The notes below the pieces were generated by a model, which worked only from the letters and a program-made list of their open reading frames with translations, had not been told where the DNA came from and made no database searches. Source: Massalongia carnosa (Eukaryota). From it: a stretch of DNA of 64,000 nt. The stretch is from positions 2,604,001-2,668,000 of the forward strand of contig OZ287073.1 of the NCBI GenBank assembly GCA_965645245.1, written 5' to 3'. Below, in pieces: positions 24,624 through 37,400 of this stretch; positions within the stretch are counted from its first letter, which is position 1, and every line of letters begins with the position of its first letter. Position numbers and translations under genes: made by a program.

Positions 24624-25278
24624 TAACTTTGAAATTGTGAGATCTTTTCAAAAAGATTACTCTAAAGCGTAAATTTTCCTCATGCTAATCTCGGCAATCT
24701 AACTAACCATGATAGGTTAGTACATTAACTACATGAGGCTTAAATGCGCAACGTCATTTTGTCATTCAAAACATCCGTTGTATTGATCATTCAACCGGCA
24801 ACCATCACCACAACCACGTTGAGGAAAAGAACATTTATTCATTATCCAACCTTTAATCATTTTACCTTCTCCGTTCATCCTGATCATGTCTTCTCCCTAT
24901 AATGCCATCGTCTTCAACGAGAAGAGTAATGGATACCCTCCTGCCTACGAGACGCATGGGTTTGCTCACGAGCGAACTCCCTTGTTATCTGAGTTAGAGG
25001 TACGCGAGAAACCCTTTCATTCTTGAAAGCAATATGTAGAAGATCATCATGAGCAAGAGTCGCTCCATTTTTGATTTCGTATGGACGCCGCAATAGAATT
25101 CTTATAACCCTTTCGATTAGGGCTAACTATGCATGAGTAGGCTCAACAATACACACATTGTAAACCGAGAAAGGAAGGAGGAGTAAACGGTTTAATAAAG
25201 TGGGTTGCAATTTGTTTTGCTCAAGATCAAACCGTCGTGTTTTTCACTTTTCACTTTTCATCACCGCTTTCATACCGC

Positions 25279-25284
25279 CCGCAG

Positions 25285-25325
<41 letters not shown>

Positions 25326-25449
25326 ACAACAACAAAAGTAGCAGAAGTAGCAGCAGCAGCAACAGCGGCACCAACACCAGTATCACCACCATAACCGCAC
25401 CACACCACCATCACTACCACCATCACCACCACCACCACCATCACCAGCA
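25279..25449 (+). repeat. Compound trinucleotide microsatellite (GCA/ACA/CAC)
   Basis: Runs of GCA, ACA and CAC/CAT triplets. Confidence 0.9.
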
Positions 25450-25690
25450 CCGCGCTCCAAGCACTACCCTCCAACCAACCCAAAAATGCTCAACGACTCC
25501 AAGGCAACCCAAGTAGGGTTTGGATCGGGGTTGTATCTCTCACTTTGGCGCTTCCGCAGACCGTTCAGTGGTTGTGGAAGATCTTACTGTGCGTTCGATT
25601 GCTCGTGTTTTTGGTGTTTGTTGAAATTGTTTTTACTTTGATTATGCTGAAAGAAGGACTTACTAAAATTGGGTTCTCCTTTTTAGTCGT

Positions 25691-26110
25691 TTGCGGAACG
25701 GGCCGTCTCCCAGCCCTGCCACCATCGCTGAGGCAGTTGCGGAGGAGAGGAGGAGGGGGGAGGAGGCGGTGGCGGAGGAGAGGAGGAGAGGGGAGGAGGT
25801 GGTGGCAGAGATGAAGGTAGAGTTGAAGGATGAGAGGCGGAAGGGGGAGTTAGCGGTGGCGGAGGAGAGGAGGAGGGGGGAGGAGGCGGTGGCAGAGATG
25901 AAGGTAGAGTTGAAGGATGAGAGGCGGAAGGGAGAGTTAGCGGTGGCCGAGTTAAGGAAAGAGTGGAAGGAAGAAAGAGGAGTGGAAGCGGCGCTGGCTC
26001 AAACGCGCGCCGCCAACGACAATAAGTCCATGATTCGATGGGCTTTGTTTACCGCTGGCGTCGCCAGCCGTCATCGTCAAGCAGTCGAAACACGACGAAA
26101 CTCCACTTAG
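25691..26110 (+). other. Purine-rich repeat ORF encoding a repetitive coiled-coil (AVAEERRRGEE / EMKVELKDERRKGEL)
   Basis: Open frame made of internal repeats, preceded by a plausible intron acceptor (TTTTAG at ~25686); function unknown. Confidence 0.35.
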
Positions 26111-27017
26111 AAATTTGCATCAACATTTCATATTCAACCTAATTTCGTTTGCTAATGAATATGATGATTCGCGAGTAGGTATAATAACATGATTGCCATT
26201 GAAGATAATTATTTATGTGGATTATCTACTTGCTTTTATAGCAGTCACACTCGGAAATCTAAACAGTCATGCTGTAGACCTCTCAAACTGCCCATTAGGC
26301 ACCTTATAGGTGCCTGGCAGGTTTCCGTGGGACTCACGATGGATGACTATATCGATGATAGCCTCACCATAAAACACCCCTCAGCTCATCAGAGCTGAGC
26401 TCTTCACGACCGTGTTCTAGATTAGCTCTGAATGAAAGAAAGGCTGTTATTGGTAGCGAAGAGAGTGACAAAGTCATCGCAATACGCCCCACGACGAGTA
26501 CCTCGCGCCCGGTAGCCTCATTCAGAAACACGACTTGGTTATGGGCCTTGATATAATCCTCCTCGAAGTGTCCGTCATTCATATTTGTGGATATATTGAA
26601 CGAAATGACTCATAGACCCCCGTCGGGACTCGAGTATGATTGTCGACAAGACGACTATCCCATGACTTATCAAAATTCAAATAGTGGCATGGAAGCCCTC
26701 TCTCCTAACCTGCAAGACGTGCCCATTTCCGCCCTCACACCTGTCAAACACATGCGTAGTTCCACTCTCGCATCTGTCAACCCCTCGCCCAAGCCTGCGA
26801 GACGGTCAAACGTTCAGTATTGGATCTGCGGGCTGCAGAATCGAATTTGCGGGCTGCGCAAAATCACATTTCTGCTGAGCCTGGTGCTGATATTGATTCT
26901 ATGCGCTATGGGAGGAGGCATTGCGGGCGTTTCAGCTGCGAAAAAACAACAGTCCAAAAATAAAGGGTCGGTTACTATTTCGTGGCCTCGAATGCTATCA
27001 AGCTGTATGGGCTAATG

Positions 27018-27149
27018 TGGAATACGGGTGAAAAGGAGTGCTGTGTACTGATCTATGGGAGGTCTAGGCTAGCTAACTGACGGATATCTCATAGGGGTTC
27101 GTGGGTCATGTGACCCATGGCGGGTCATGTGATCCCTAATCGCCTGACA
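27018..27149. mobile_element. Probable solo LTR in an intron
   Basis: TG...CA, 132 bp, flanked by AATG repeats; removal restores a GCTAATG...TAG branch/acceptor-like sequence; contains duplicated GGGTCATGTGA. Confidence 0.55.
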
Positions 27150-27352
27150 AATGCCTTGTAGACGTTGATTGATATGATCTTCTAGATCCGTATTTACCGC
27201 TTCATCACAGCCTGCGACCACGACTATCCAGTCCCCTTCGTCGTCAACGTTGTCCTCAGTCCCGTCCGGATCCTCATCAGCACAACCCTACTATCACGCG
27301 GCACCGACAGACAATTGCAAGGAGTATCAAACCCCGTTTCCTGCAGGGATAT

Positions 27353-30300
27353 CTTTGATACAGGAGGCTTAGTGGCAGACTGAAGGCTTTGAAAGGTGAT
27401 TATATTAATGCTATCTAGAAGGAAGGAAGTTCGAGGGGGTCCTCCCGAGGACCTTATTGACCAGATTGTTTGCTATTGCAAACACCTCCTTAACCACCTT
27501 ACCGCATTAGGATTCAGGGGGCCGGCCTATTGTAAGGCCGGCCTCCGATAAGGCTAGGTGGACCGTCGCTATTGTCAATCCAAAGCTCCCTCACAATAGG
27601 AAGGTTCCAACCTCCAGAAGTTTGAATCAACCTCATTGATTTGATGCCTCAGGGGCAGTGGTCATATTCATCTGATCGATGAACCTTCGAAAGGAGATCC
27701 ACGGTAGAGGCTTAGTTAGTCCATCAGCTATCATATCCTTAGTGGGCACATAGCTAATTTAAATAGCTCCCTCAGCGATCAGCTCCCTCGTCTTATGATA
27801 CTGGATATCGATGTGTTTGGCCCGAGGATGATTGATGGGGTTGTCGGCTAGCTTTATAGCCGCCTTATAGTCAGCTTTCAGGGGAACGGGGCCATTGACA
27901 CCATAACCCAAGGATTTCAAGGCATTCGCCAAGAAGACAGCCTCCTTGCCAGCATGGCACTCCCCCATATACTCAGCCTCAGCTGTGGATGTGGCCACCG
28001 AGGCCTGGCGTTTCGTTGACCAGCTGATTGGGCCGCTGTTCAGGAGGAAGACATAGGCGGAAGTGGATCTCCTAGTGTCCAGACAGTCTCCATAAGAGGC
28101 ATCAGTATAACCGATTAAATCAGTGTGAATACCCTCATAGGAGGATCCAAAACATAGGCCTAGGTCCCTTGTTCCAGCCAAATATCGAATTATTCTTTTT
28201 AAGATTGCGCCTTGATAGGGGGTAGGATTGATTGAATATCTACTGCAGCGATTCACCGAGTAAGCATTATCCGGCCGAGTCATACATGCTAACCACAATA
28301 GAGATCCAATAAGCATTTTATATGCCTTGATCTCTCTATTTGTGGCCTCGTATATCTTGCCTTTATAGTAATTCTTGACCAGAAGAAGATTGGTCTCCAT
28401 GGGTGTTTTGACGGATTTGCAATCGAACATGTCGACTGCATCGATGATCCGCCTAATGTACGCCGATTGATGAATATATATTCTTCTATTTGGCCGGTCT
28501 CGAGTGACGTGCATCCCTAAATAGAAATTAATTGGTCCGAGATCCTTGATCCGGAATCGGTGAGACAATTCAGTCTTCAAAAGACTTATGTCCGAAAGAG
28601 AGGGTCCGATGAGAAGTAGATCATCCACATAAATCGCTATTATGATGCCATTTTGCTGATAAATATAGACCGAATGGTCCTCGTCCACTCTCCTATAGCC
28701 CATGGTGATAAGATAGTCAGTGAGGGTGGAATACCATTCACCGGGGGCCTGCTTGAGACCATACAAGGCCTTCTTCAAGCGACAGGCATATCCCGCTAGT
28801 TTGTCAAACCCATGGGGTTGTTCCATCCAGACCTCCTCTTTTAGAGGGGCCTCAAGGGAAGCGGTGACCACGTCGATCTATTCGACCTCCAGGTCATATC
28901 TAGCCGCTATAGCCAGCAGGGCCTTCCATGTCATTGATTTGACCACGCTGGCATAGGTTTGATTATAGCCAATGCCTTCTATCTGGCAAAAACCTTTACC
29001 TACCCATCGGGCCTTATATCGAGATATTTCCCCATCCGGACCGAGTTTGGTGGTATAAATCCATCTACCAGGGAGGATCTTCCTACTAGGTGGTGTAATT
29101 TCCAGGTCCCAGGTCCCGTTGATGGAATGAGATTCAACCTCCTCCTCTGATGCTCGGATCCATTCGGTAGCCTCTGAAGACTGAATGGCCTCCTTGTAGG
29201 TGCTGGAGACGGTGAGGTCGTTTAAGGAGGCCTTAAGAGCTCTCAATGCGAATCCCTTGTTACCTCCTTTCTTAGACCATGGATCAGCTAATTTAGCATA
29301 ATCGGGTCGAGAGGTGTTTCGGGATGGTCGGGATGATGATGTTGGTGGAGGTGGTGGTCTAGGTTCCTGAGGTACCTGTCCTGGTGCGGATTTGATCGAC
29401 TGCTCGGAATTACTAGTAAATTGGCCTGTAAAAGGAGCAGTTGATGACCCAGAGGTCAGGTCGGCTACTTGTGAGTCCTCGGAATTTTCTGAACTTTCTG
29501 ATTTATCATCGTCCTCTCTCCCGGTTCCTTCATCTGCAAATTCCGGTTCTAAAGGCCGTTTAGGGGGTTCCTCATTAACGAATTCCTCCTCTTCATTGGC
29601 ATAAATTATCACTCCTGGTGTGTCCACCTCGTCGTCACCATTTCGGTAGAAGAATTGTAAGAAGCCATAGTCGTCGTCGCCACCATCCCCCGATTCTTCA
29701 ACCGAAAGGGATGCGGTCTCGTCCCATAGCACGTGTGCCGAAATGATGAGTTTCTTGGAGGTGAGGTCCCAAAGGCGATACTTGTTGTTGCCTTGAAGGC
29801 CAAGAAATCTGCATTTGATGCTTCTGTCGTCCAGCTTCTTCTTCTGAGGGTCAACATTGTAAGAGTATGCTACGCACCCGAAGATACGAGCACCCGACAA
29901 GTCTGGCTGTCTGCCATACATCAGTTCGAAGGGTGTTTTATCACCATGCCTTGGACTCCTGTTTTTTCAGGTAAGTAACGTAGGAAATAGCCTCCCCCCA
30001 TTGATTAGAAGGCATTCCACTGTCACTAAGAATCGCACGGGTTCGCTCGAAGAGGGTGCGAAAGCACCTCTCGGCTACCCCATTCTGATTCGGATTGTGT
30101 GGTGCTGTCGCATCCCACTCGATGCCATTGTGCTTCAAAATTTGTAAGGTCTGATGGCCAGCATACTCCCCTCCGTTGTCACTGCGCATAAGTTTGACCG
30201 GATGTCCTTGTGTCTTCATCCATGCTAAATAGTCCTTTAGGACCTCTTTTAATTCGGATTTTTTCTTCAGAAGGTAAATTACCGTCCAGTCAGTAAAATC

Positions 30301-32403
30301 GTCAACGAAGGAGGCAGCATACTTGGCTCCCCCAATTGTCTGAGGTATGTCACCCCCGCCAGCAATGTCGGTATGTACAATTTCACCGATGTTGGTGGCC
30401 TTTAGTCGTTGAATTCTAACTGGATTTCGATGTTGTTTTCCTATTGCACATGATGGACACACGTTGATTTTAGGTTCTGCTGACTCACATTTATCAGCCT
30501 TAATTGCATCAATGCCAGTGGAGAGTTTAGCTAAAAGCTTGACGTCCTTCATGTTGAGATGGGCTAATCGTCGGTGCCACACCGTCCACGAGGCATTGTC
30601 GGAAGAGGTATGTAAGGTCTTTGATTGGTCCAGGTCGATCGAGTGTGTGGATCCAGAAGACTGACGAGTACCAGTAAGACAGAGTTCTCCGTCAGGGGCG
30701 AAACATTCAGTTCTTCCTTTTCCTACTCGAAATTCGAATCCTTTCGACTCAATAACACCTACAGAAAACAGATTGTATGCTGACTCGGGTACGTGATGGA
30801 CATCCTTTAGGCATACAGCCTTTGATTCACCATCCACGTCAAGATACAGGGTAACAGATTCTTTTCCTTTAATAATCATATCAGTGGAGTTGGCTGTTTT
30901 TATGACCTTCCCTCTAATTGATTGATAGTCATCAAATAGGTCTTTGCCATAGCAAATATGGACATCGGAAGCCGAGTCTATCCCCACCAGGTACGATCCT
31001 TATTTTGAGACTTATGGACGTTAGTAAAGAGGCTCTTGGTTATCATTGATCTTGGAACGAAGGCTGATTTGGACGAGGGATTCGATTCCTTCTTGTCCTT
31101 ATCCTCCTTCCTATCCTCCTTCTTATTCTTCACCAAGTTTTCCTTAGATGGGGCCGGTTTCCAGTTATCGGGCCGGTTGGTTGCATTCAGATAATAGCAA
31201 TTGGTCTTGTTGTGGCCAGGACCGTCACAGTATTCACATTTTGACGTATTGGTATTTTTCTCCTTTTTCCCCTTTTTGCTCTTCTTATCTTCTTCTTTCT
31301 TTTCCTTCCTGTTGAACTTAGCCATCAGTGCCTTGTTGGATTCCTCTAAGTTATATTGACGGTTATCATGATCTATTAAGGCCATCATCATCTCGTCAAC
31401 GTCTAACTCCCTCATGTTTGCTCTTGCAGCCTCTACGAGACTGAAGATATAAGGTTCGAGGTCCGGTTTAAGACCAAGTCGGAACGAGGTAGAGAGAACC
31501 CAGTCTGGTAACTTGTGACCGAGTTGTATCAACTGGGAGTGGGCCTTCTTTAGGTGTTCGGCGTACTCCTGAATGGATTTGAAATCTGATTGGCTAGCAC
31601 GAAGTTGAAGGAAGGCCAGGTCTCTAGTGGCCAGACTTGTTGCTTTGTAAAGCTTTTCCAGTACATCCCACATCTCTTTTGGGTCTTCCAAGCCCTCTAT
31701 ATGGACTCGAGGGCCTGTTCCACATTCAAGTATATCTTGGTAGCTGCTTTTACCCTTCGCTTGTCCCATTTCTTCTGTTTGTCCTCGAAGGCCTCCAGTT
31801 TGTCCTCCCACCGCTCAATAGTGCTTTATATCACTACTATAGCCGGGGTGGTGACTCCATCCTCTATCATAGAAGGGGAGTCCACTGGTCGAGGCGGAGC
31901 ATTAAGGGGTCAGAGTTCTTCCCCTTTAACTATATCCCACAGTTCGTCTAAACTGAGAGGCCTTTCACCTCCTCCTTCCATACATTGTAGTTCTTTTCAC
32001 CTACCAACGGCTTTATCTGATAAGTTTCTAGTCCATTGTTGAAGACTAAGCACCGACAGCTGAGGAGGTTCTTTGATGCTTGATAATTGGCCTACAAGGA
32101 CGAGGACTAGATATGTAGGAAGAGAAGAGATTATATAGCACTTCCCTAGCGTCTAGCCGGGCTCATAACCCTTTGATTACAGGAGGCTTAGTGGCAGACT
32201 GAAGGCTTTGAAAGGTGATTATATTAATGCTATCTAGAAGGAAGGAAGTTCGAGGGGGTCCTCCCGAGGACCTTATTGACCAGATTGTTTTCTATAGCAA
32301 ACACCTCCTTAACCACCTTACCGCATTAGGATTCAGGGGGCCGGCCTATTGTAAGGCCGGCCTCCGATAAGGCTAGGTGGACCGTCGCTATTGTCAATCC
32401 AAG
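27353..32403 (-). mobile_element. Ty1/Copia LTR retrotransposon with non-canonical CT...AG LTR termini
   Basis: 233-bp LTRs at 27353-27585 and 32171-32403 start CTTTGA and end CCA(A)AG; TSD GATAT at 27348-27352 and 32404-32408; PBS GGTTATGAGCCCGG and PPT GTGAGGGAG directly abut. Confidence 0.9.
27633..32040 (-). pseudogene. Copia gag-pol, disrupted
   Basis: CEYCDGPGHNKTNC knuckle, IDSAS protease, WHRRLAH, RSDNGGEY/NGVAER integrase, YGLKQA/YVDD RT, YTDAS/ADGLTK RNase H; several stops and frameshifts. Confidence 0.92.
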
Positions 32404-34446
32404 GATATCTCATGCGCTTTTTGACATCTTTTGCGACACTGAATTTTTAGGCGGCGACTTCATGAGCGTCTACGCTGCGACGTTGAATGTCTGCATGGGA
32501 GCGTGCTCGAACTACAATTACTGGACGACGTTAAATCATTTCAATTCGGGAACCAACTGTTCTGCTGTCACTTTGGACTATTTCGCGACCGCGGAAAGTG
32601 GAAACTGTTATTTGAAGGTGGGAGGTTAATCGTCGGCTCGCTTACCTCCGGGATCCGACTTGAAAAAATGTCGACCGCATTTTAGTCGGGGAAAGCGGTT
32701 GCATCCCGGAAAGCGGTTGCATCCCCCCAAATTCAAATTTCTTCATCTTTTTGATCATTGACCAACAACCACATTGATTAAAAATCAGCCGATACCGTAC
32801 ATAGCTTGAAAATCATCGCCGTCATCATCACCGTCGTCAAAATCATTTCCCTTGACTCCCCTGACCCCCTGACCCTCGTGATTCTCCGCTTACTCCGCAT
32901 ACCCCGCATACCCCGCATTCTAACAATCATTCGCATCTCCTGGTTGAAAAGATGCTTCCGAATCGAATTCTTTCAATGATTCTTCCAAATCGAAAGACAC
33001 GAAATCCTCTCGTAGCCATGTTTCTCCTTCTGGAAGATCTGGAAGGATTGAATTATCTCCATGACCAGTGCTATCTACGATAAACGTGACATCTTCCTCA
33101 TTGACATTGGCACGCGGATTCTTTCTAATTTCCTTCTTCGCTTCCTCAGCTATCCATACCTCATTCGTGGCCTTCCATAATGCCTCGGGGTCAGGAATCT
33201 TCTCATACATCTTAATTGGAATGGGACCGAGCATTTTCTGCATTTCTTTCAGCTGTTTAACTCGATCTCTTTCTGCTTTTCGAGCAGCCAATCCCTTGAC
33301 ATGCATTTCGTCTCTTTCTATTCGCCATAGCTTCATGAAGCTATTATTCGCTCGTTTCTCCTCAGCCTCTTGATCCTGTTGTAGTCTGATGGCTATAGCC
33401 TGCTTTGCATCTTCCGCTGTGATTCCGAATCTTCCGGTTTCTGGTCTCAGACGTTTACGAGACATTCGTCTGTTATTTAACTGACTTCTTCTTGATTCTC
33501 GATGCATTTCCAGCTCCGTGCCATCGATAATTGCATTCGAAACAACTTCATTTGTATTGTCTACAAATGAGTCCCATTCCTCAGCCCGAGCGGGATCACT
33601 CCATTGCATGGATTTTCTGATTTTCGGTCCCCATTGACTCAAACCATACTCAATGTCAGCTACTTTTGTCGGTTGGATTTGACGAGGTAGGGGTAGAGGT
33701 AATGAGGGCTCATTATTCAGACTGTTTAATGAATCATTGGGATCATTGGGATTGAAATTTTTCAGCTGACGAATGCATGCCTTTGGATCAATCGGCCACA
33801 TTCCCGACTTTTCAAATGCATGCCGAATCGTAGAAGTCTTGAATGTATGATTTCTGATTTTGGTCAAGTCCTTTATAAATTGAGACAGAGAATACTCGAC
33901 AAATGACGACGCAACGACTTGTCACGGACAAGGTCCAGATAGGGAGATATACAAGAGTTACTATTTAGAAAGCTAGGTCTAGGGATAGTATACAAGACGT
34001 CCGACGAAGAGCTCCAAACACCTGAGAAACCACATAGGTTTTATAGCCATGGCTTCCAACTCCCCTATTCTTGACTTGCCCTCATCTCTGTTCCTGTTCT
34101 AATTTCCTAACCATGATCGCTTTGACTTGTTCCGCCTTTCTCCATGCCGAAGCAATCTCTCTCTGCTGGGCAATCCCAGTCGTAGGCTTGGATAGTGGAG
34201 ACGTTGAGATTGGATTCGGGATATAGGAGTTTGGGAGTGCACTGAAGGCAGCGGAAGAACGTCTGAACACATGGGGCGAGGTTTCAGGATAGTTCGGAAT
34301 AACGGGCCACGGTTCTATTCAACATGCAGGGCAGGTTTCACGGCAAGAGAGCCTGTTAAATACTAACCCGATCAGGAAACGTGGGAGGGTGCGAGGTAAT
34401 TCCATGACAGTAGGTCCCTCTTCAAGGCGGAGCTCCTGCGATGCCA

Positions 34447-37400
34447 CTATTCCTGGCAGCGGCAACGGGGTAGATTGCAAGGGGTGTGATGTGGTCCGGC
34501 AGCTGTGGGGTAAGCCTGATGATATTCGTTTAGAGCTTGCTGACAGTTGGTTAGGAAATTGAAAGGTTCCCATGTGGGATTATGACCTTCCCAATTAACG
34601 AAATATTGAAGGAGTGGAGGTTGAAATCGTCGGTCGTATTTGGAGTTCAATATGCTGTTCACATACCATTCTCGCTGTCCGTCTTCTGCTTCGACAGGTT
34701 CACGAGGGGCGGGATGCTGGCCAGGAAGGGGGTCATCTGCTTCATGCTGCAGAAGGTTTGCATGGAAAACTGGGTGGATCTTGACACCAGGAGGAAGCTC
34801 CAATTGTATCACTAGAGGGTTTGAGAAAACTCGACTGACCGCATAGGGTCCGATGTTTCGATCGTCTAACTTGACGGTGGGTCTCGCTGTTTGAAGATTC
34901 CTTGTGTTTAACCATACCATATCACCCACTTTATAGCGGGGGCATGGTCGGCGGTTTGCATTGGCAGTGGATTCATAGATGGCTTGAGCGATTAACATTT
35001 CATCATGAAGATGAGTTTCTAAGTCTCTCATCCTGTCCGCGAACTTATTAGCTGCGATCAGATTATTTCGACTTTGAGCGGTAATGTCCGTCGGGAGAGG
35101 CTCGGAGGGTTCGAATCCTATACGGGGGTGTTGACCAGAATTTGCTAGAAATGGCGAAGCAAGAGTTGTGGAAGAGTCCGTATTATTAGCCGCGAATTCA
35201 GCGCCTGGTAGCCACTTGGCCCAATCATCCTGCATATGGTTGACATAGGCTCTAAGGTAATGCTCCATGGAGGCGTTGGCTCGTTCTGTCTGGCCATCGG
35301 TTTCCGGGTGGTATCCGGTGGACAACCGTGCGTCGATTTTTAGCCGCTTACACAGCAATTCCCATAGTTCCGATACGAACTGCGAACCTCGATCTGATAC
35401 GAGAACATCAGGTAGGCCATGATGCTTCCATACATTCTGATAGAAGGCATCTACGGCTTCTTCGACTTCCATGGATGTGACTGGAGCCAAATGGCGCATC
35501 TTGGTTAGGCGATCTATGAAAACTAGAATGTACCGATAGGTGATTCCCATGAAGGTGCTGGCCGAGAGGGGTCCGACATAATCCATAGCAACATCGCGCC
35601 AGCGACGCTCAGGTGGAGGTAAGGGCCTAAGCCACCCCTGATAACGTTCACGGGAGGGTTTGGCTCTTTTGCAGACATGGCAGTTTCTGACGAATCGTTG
35701 CACCGTTTTGTGCATGCTAGGCCACCAATAAGAGCGACTGATGAGTTCATAACATTTGGCACGGCCTGGGTGTCCACCTGCGACACTATTGTGAGCGAGT
35801 TGTAGGATTCTTAGGCGAAGGCTATCTGATTTGGGTACATATTGTCGATTTCTGAAGTACAAAATCCCATTTCTGTCTTCGCACTCTGCTAGTTGTATGC
35901 CGCTATGATATCTCGATCCGTTTCGAAGCATTTCTAGAACACGGGGTGAAAACTTATCCCTATCCAGGGCTCGGTTCCAAAGGTCCTGAGTGGCCACGTC
36001 CATTGGGTCATCGTCGGGGTTTAGCTGATCAGTAACTAAATCTAGTTGGGGTTCTTCATGATCCGTCTCTGTGTCATCATCCTCGTCAAGATCTTGTTCT
36101 TGATCAAGAATAGCAGGAGCGAGCACTATGGGGTCTGGGGAGGTTCCAACCACTGTTGAATTGAAGCTCTCGGCTACTCCGTCGTCTAGGTTATGCGTTT
36201 TCAGTATCGTCTGATGCTGAAATGAGTTCCGCTCATCGGTTTCATCCCCTTCTTCAGGGAGGTCTCCTGACCGTCGAGTTAGGGCATCCGGTTTACCGCC
36301 GGCTTTCCCAGGTCGGTAGACTATCTTATAGTCGAATCGAGATAGAAACTCACTCCATCGGGCCTGGCGCCGACTCAAAAGCTTGGTAGAGGTGAAATAT
36401 TCCAGGTTCTTATGGTCTGAAATAACATCGATGGGTTGGGCGGAGCCTTCTAGTTCAGGTCTCCATTCCTCGAAAGCTCGAACTATGGCCATGAGTTCTT
36501 TGTCATAGATCTCATAGTTACACTCGGCAGGGTTATGCTTTTTCGAGAAGTATGCGACGGGACGCAAGATATCCTTTTCATCATATTGCGATAGGATACC
36601 CGCCGATACAAAGTCGGAGGCGTCCGTTTCGACCACGATTTTCTTGTCTGGATCAAAGTGCATGAGAATAAGATCGGAGGTAAATGCTTTTTTCATCGTA
36701 TTGAAGGCTTGCTGACAATCGCTAGTCCAGGAGAATTTCGTTCCCTTCTTGGTTAGGTTCGTCAACGGCGAGGCTATTTTACTGAACCCAAATACGAAAC
36801 GCCTGTAGAAATTGGCGAATCCTAGAAAGCTTTGAACATCCCTAACGTTAACGGGCGCAGGCCAATTGATGACGGTATCGATCTTGGCAGGATCCATCTT
36901 GACTCCCTTAGTAGTGACGATGAGACCCAAATAGGGGACCTCGGTGACTCCGAAGGCGCACTTGGTGATGTCCGCTTGGAGTCCGGCCTCTCTGAGTTTG
37001 ACAAGGACTTGTTTTACATGTAGGTCATGTTCGATTTCGTCATCACTATAGATGAGGATGTCATCTAGATACGCGGTGCAGAATCTATCTAGGTATTCCC
37101 TCAGGGTGTCATTGATAAAATGTTGAAACGAGGCAGGTCCGTTGCACAGACCGAAAGGCATGACAAGATATTCGTAGAGACCGAAACGAGTCCGGAAAGC
37201 AGTAAGTTCTTCGTCTCCCTCTTTGATTCTCAGGCGATTGAATGCTGATATAATATCCAACTTGGTAAATATCTTGGCTTTGCACAAACGGTTGAGGGTC
37301 TCGGTGATTAGAGGTATTGGATAACGATTTTTTATGGTGACAGCGTTTAGTCCTCGGTAGTCGACGCAGAATCGAAGTCCTCCGCCGGGCTTCTTAACAA

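Noticed and set aside
25200..25516. Ala-, Ser- and His-rich ORFs
   Set aside because: Frames are open only because of trinucleotide microsatellites.
12820..27000. Starship-type giant transposon cargo
   Set aside because: No tyrosine recombinase captain or element boundary in this window.
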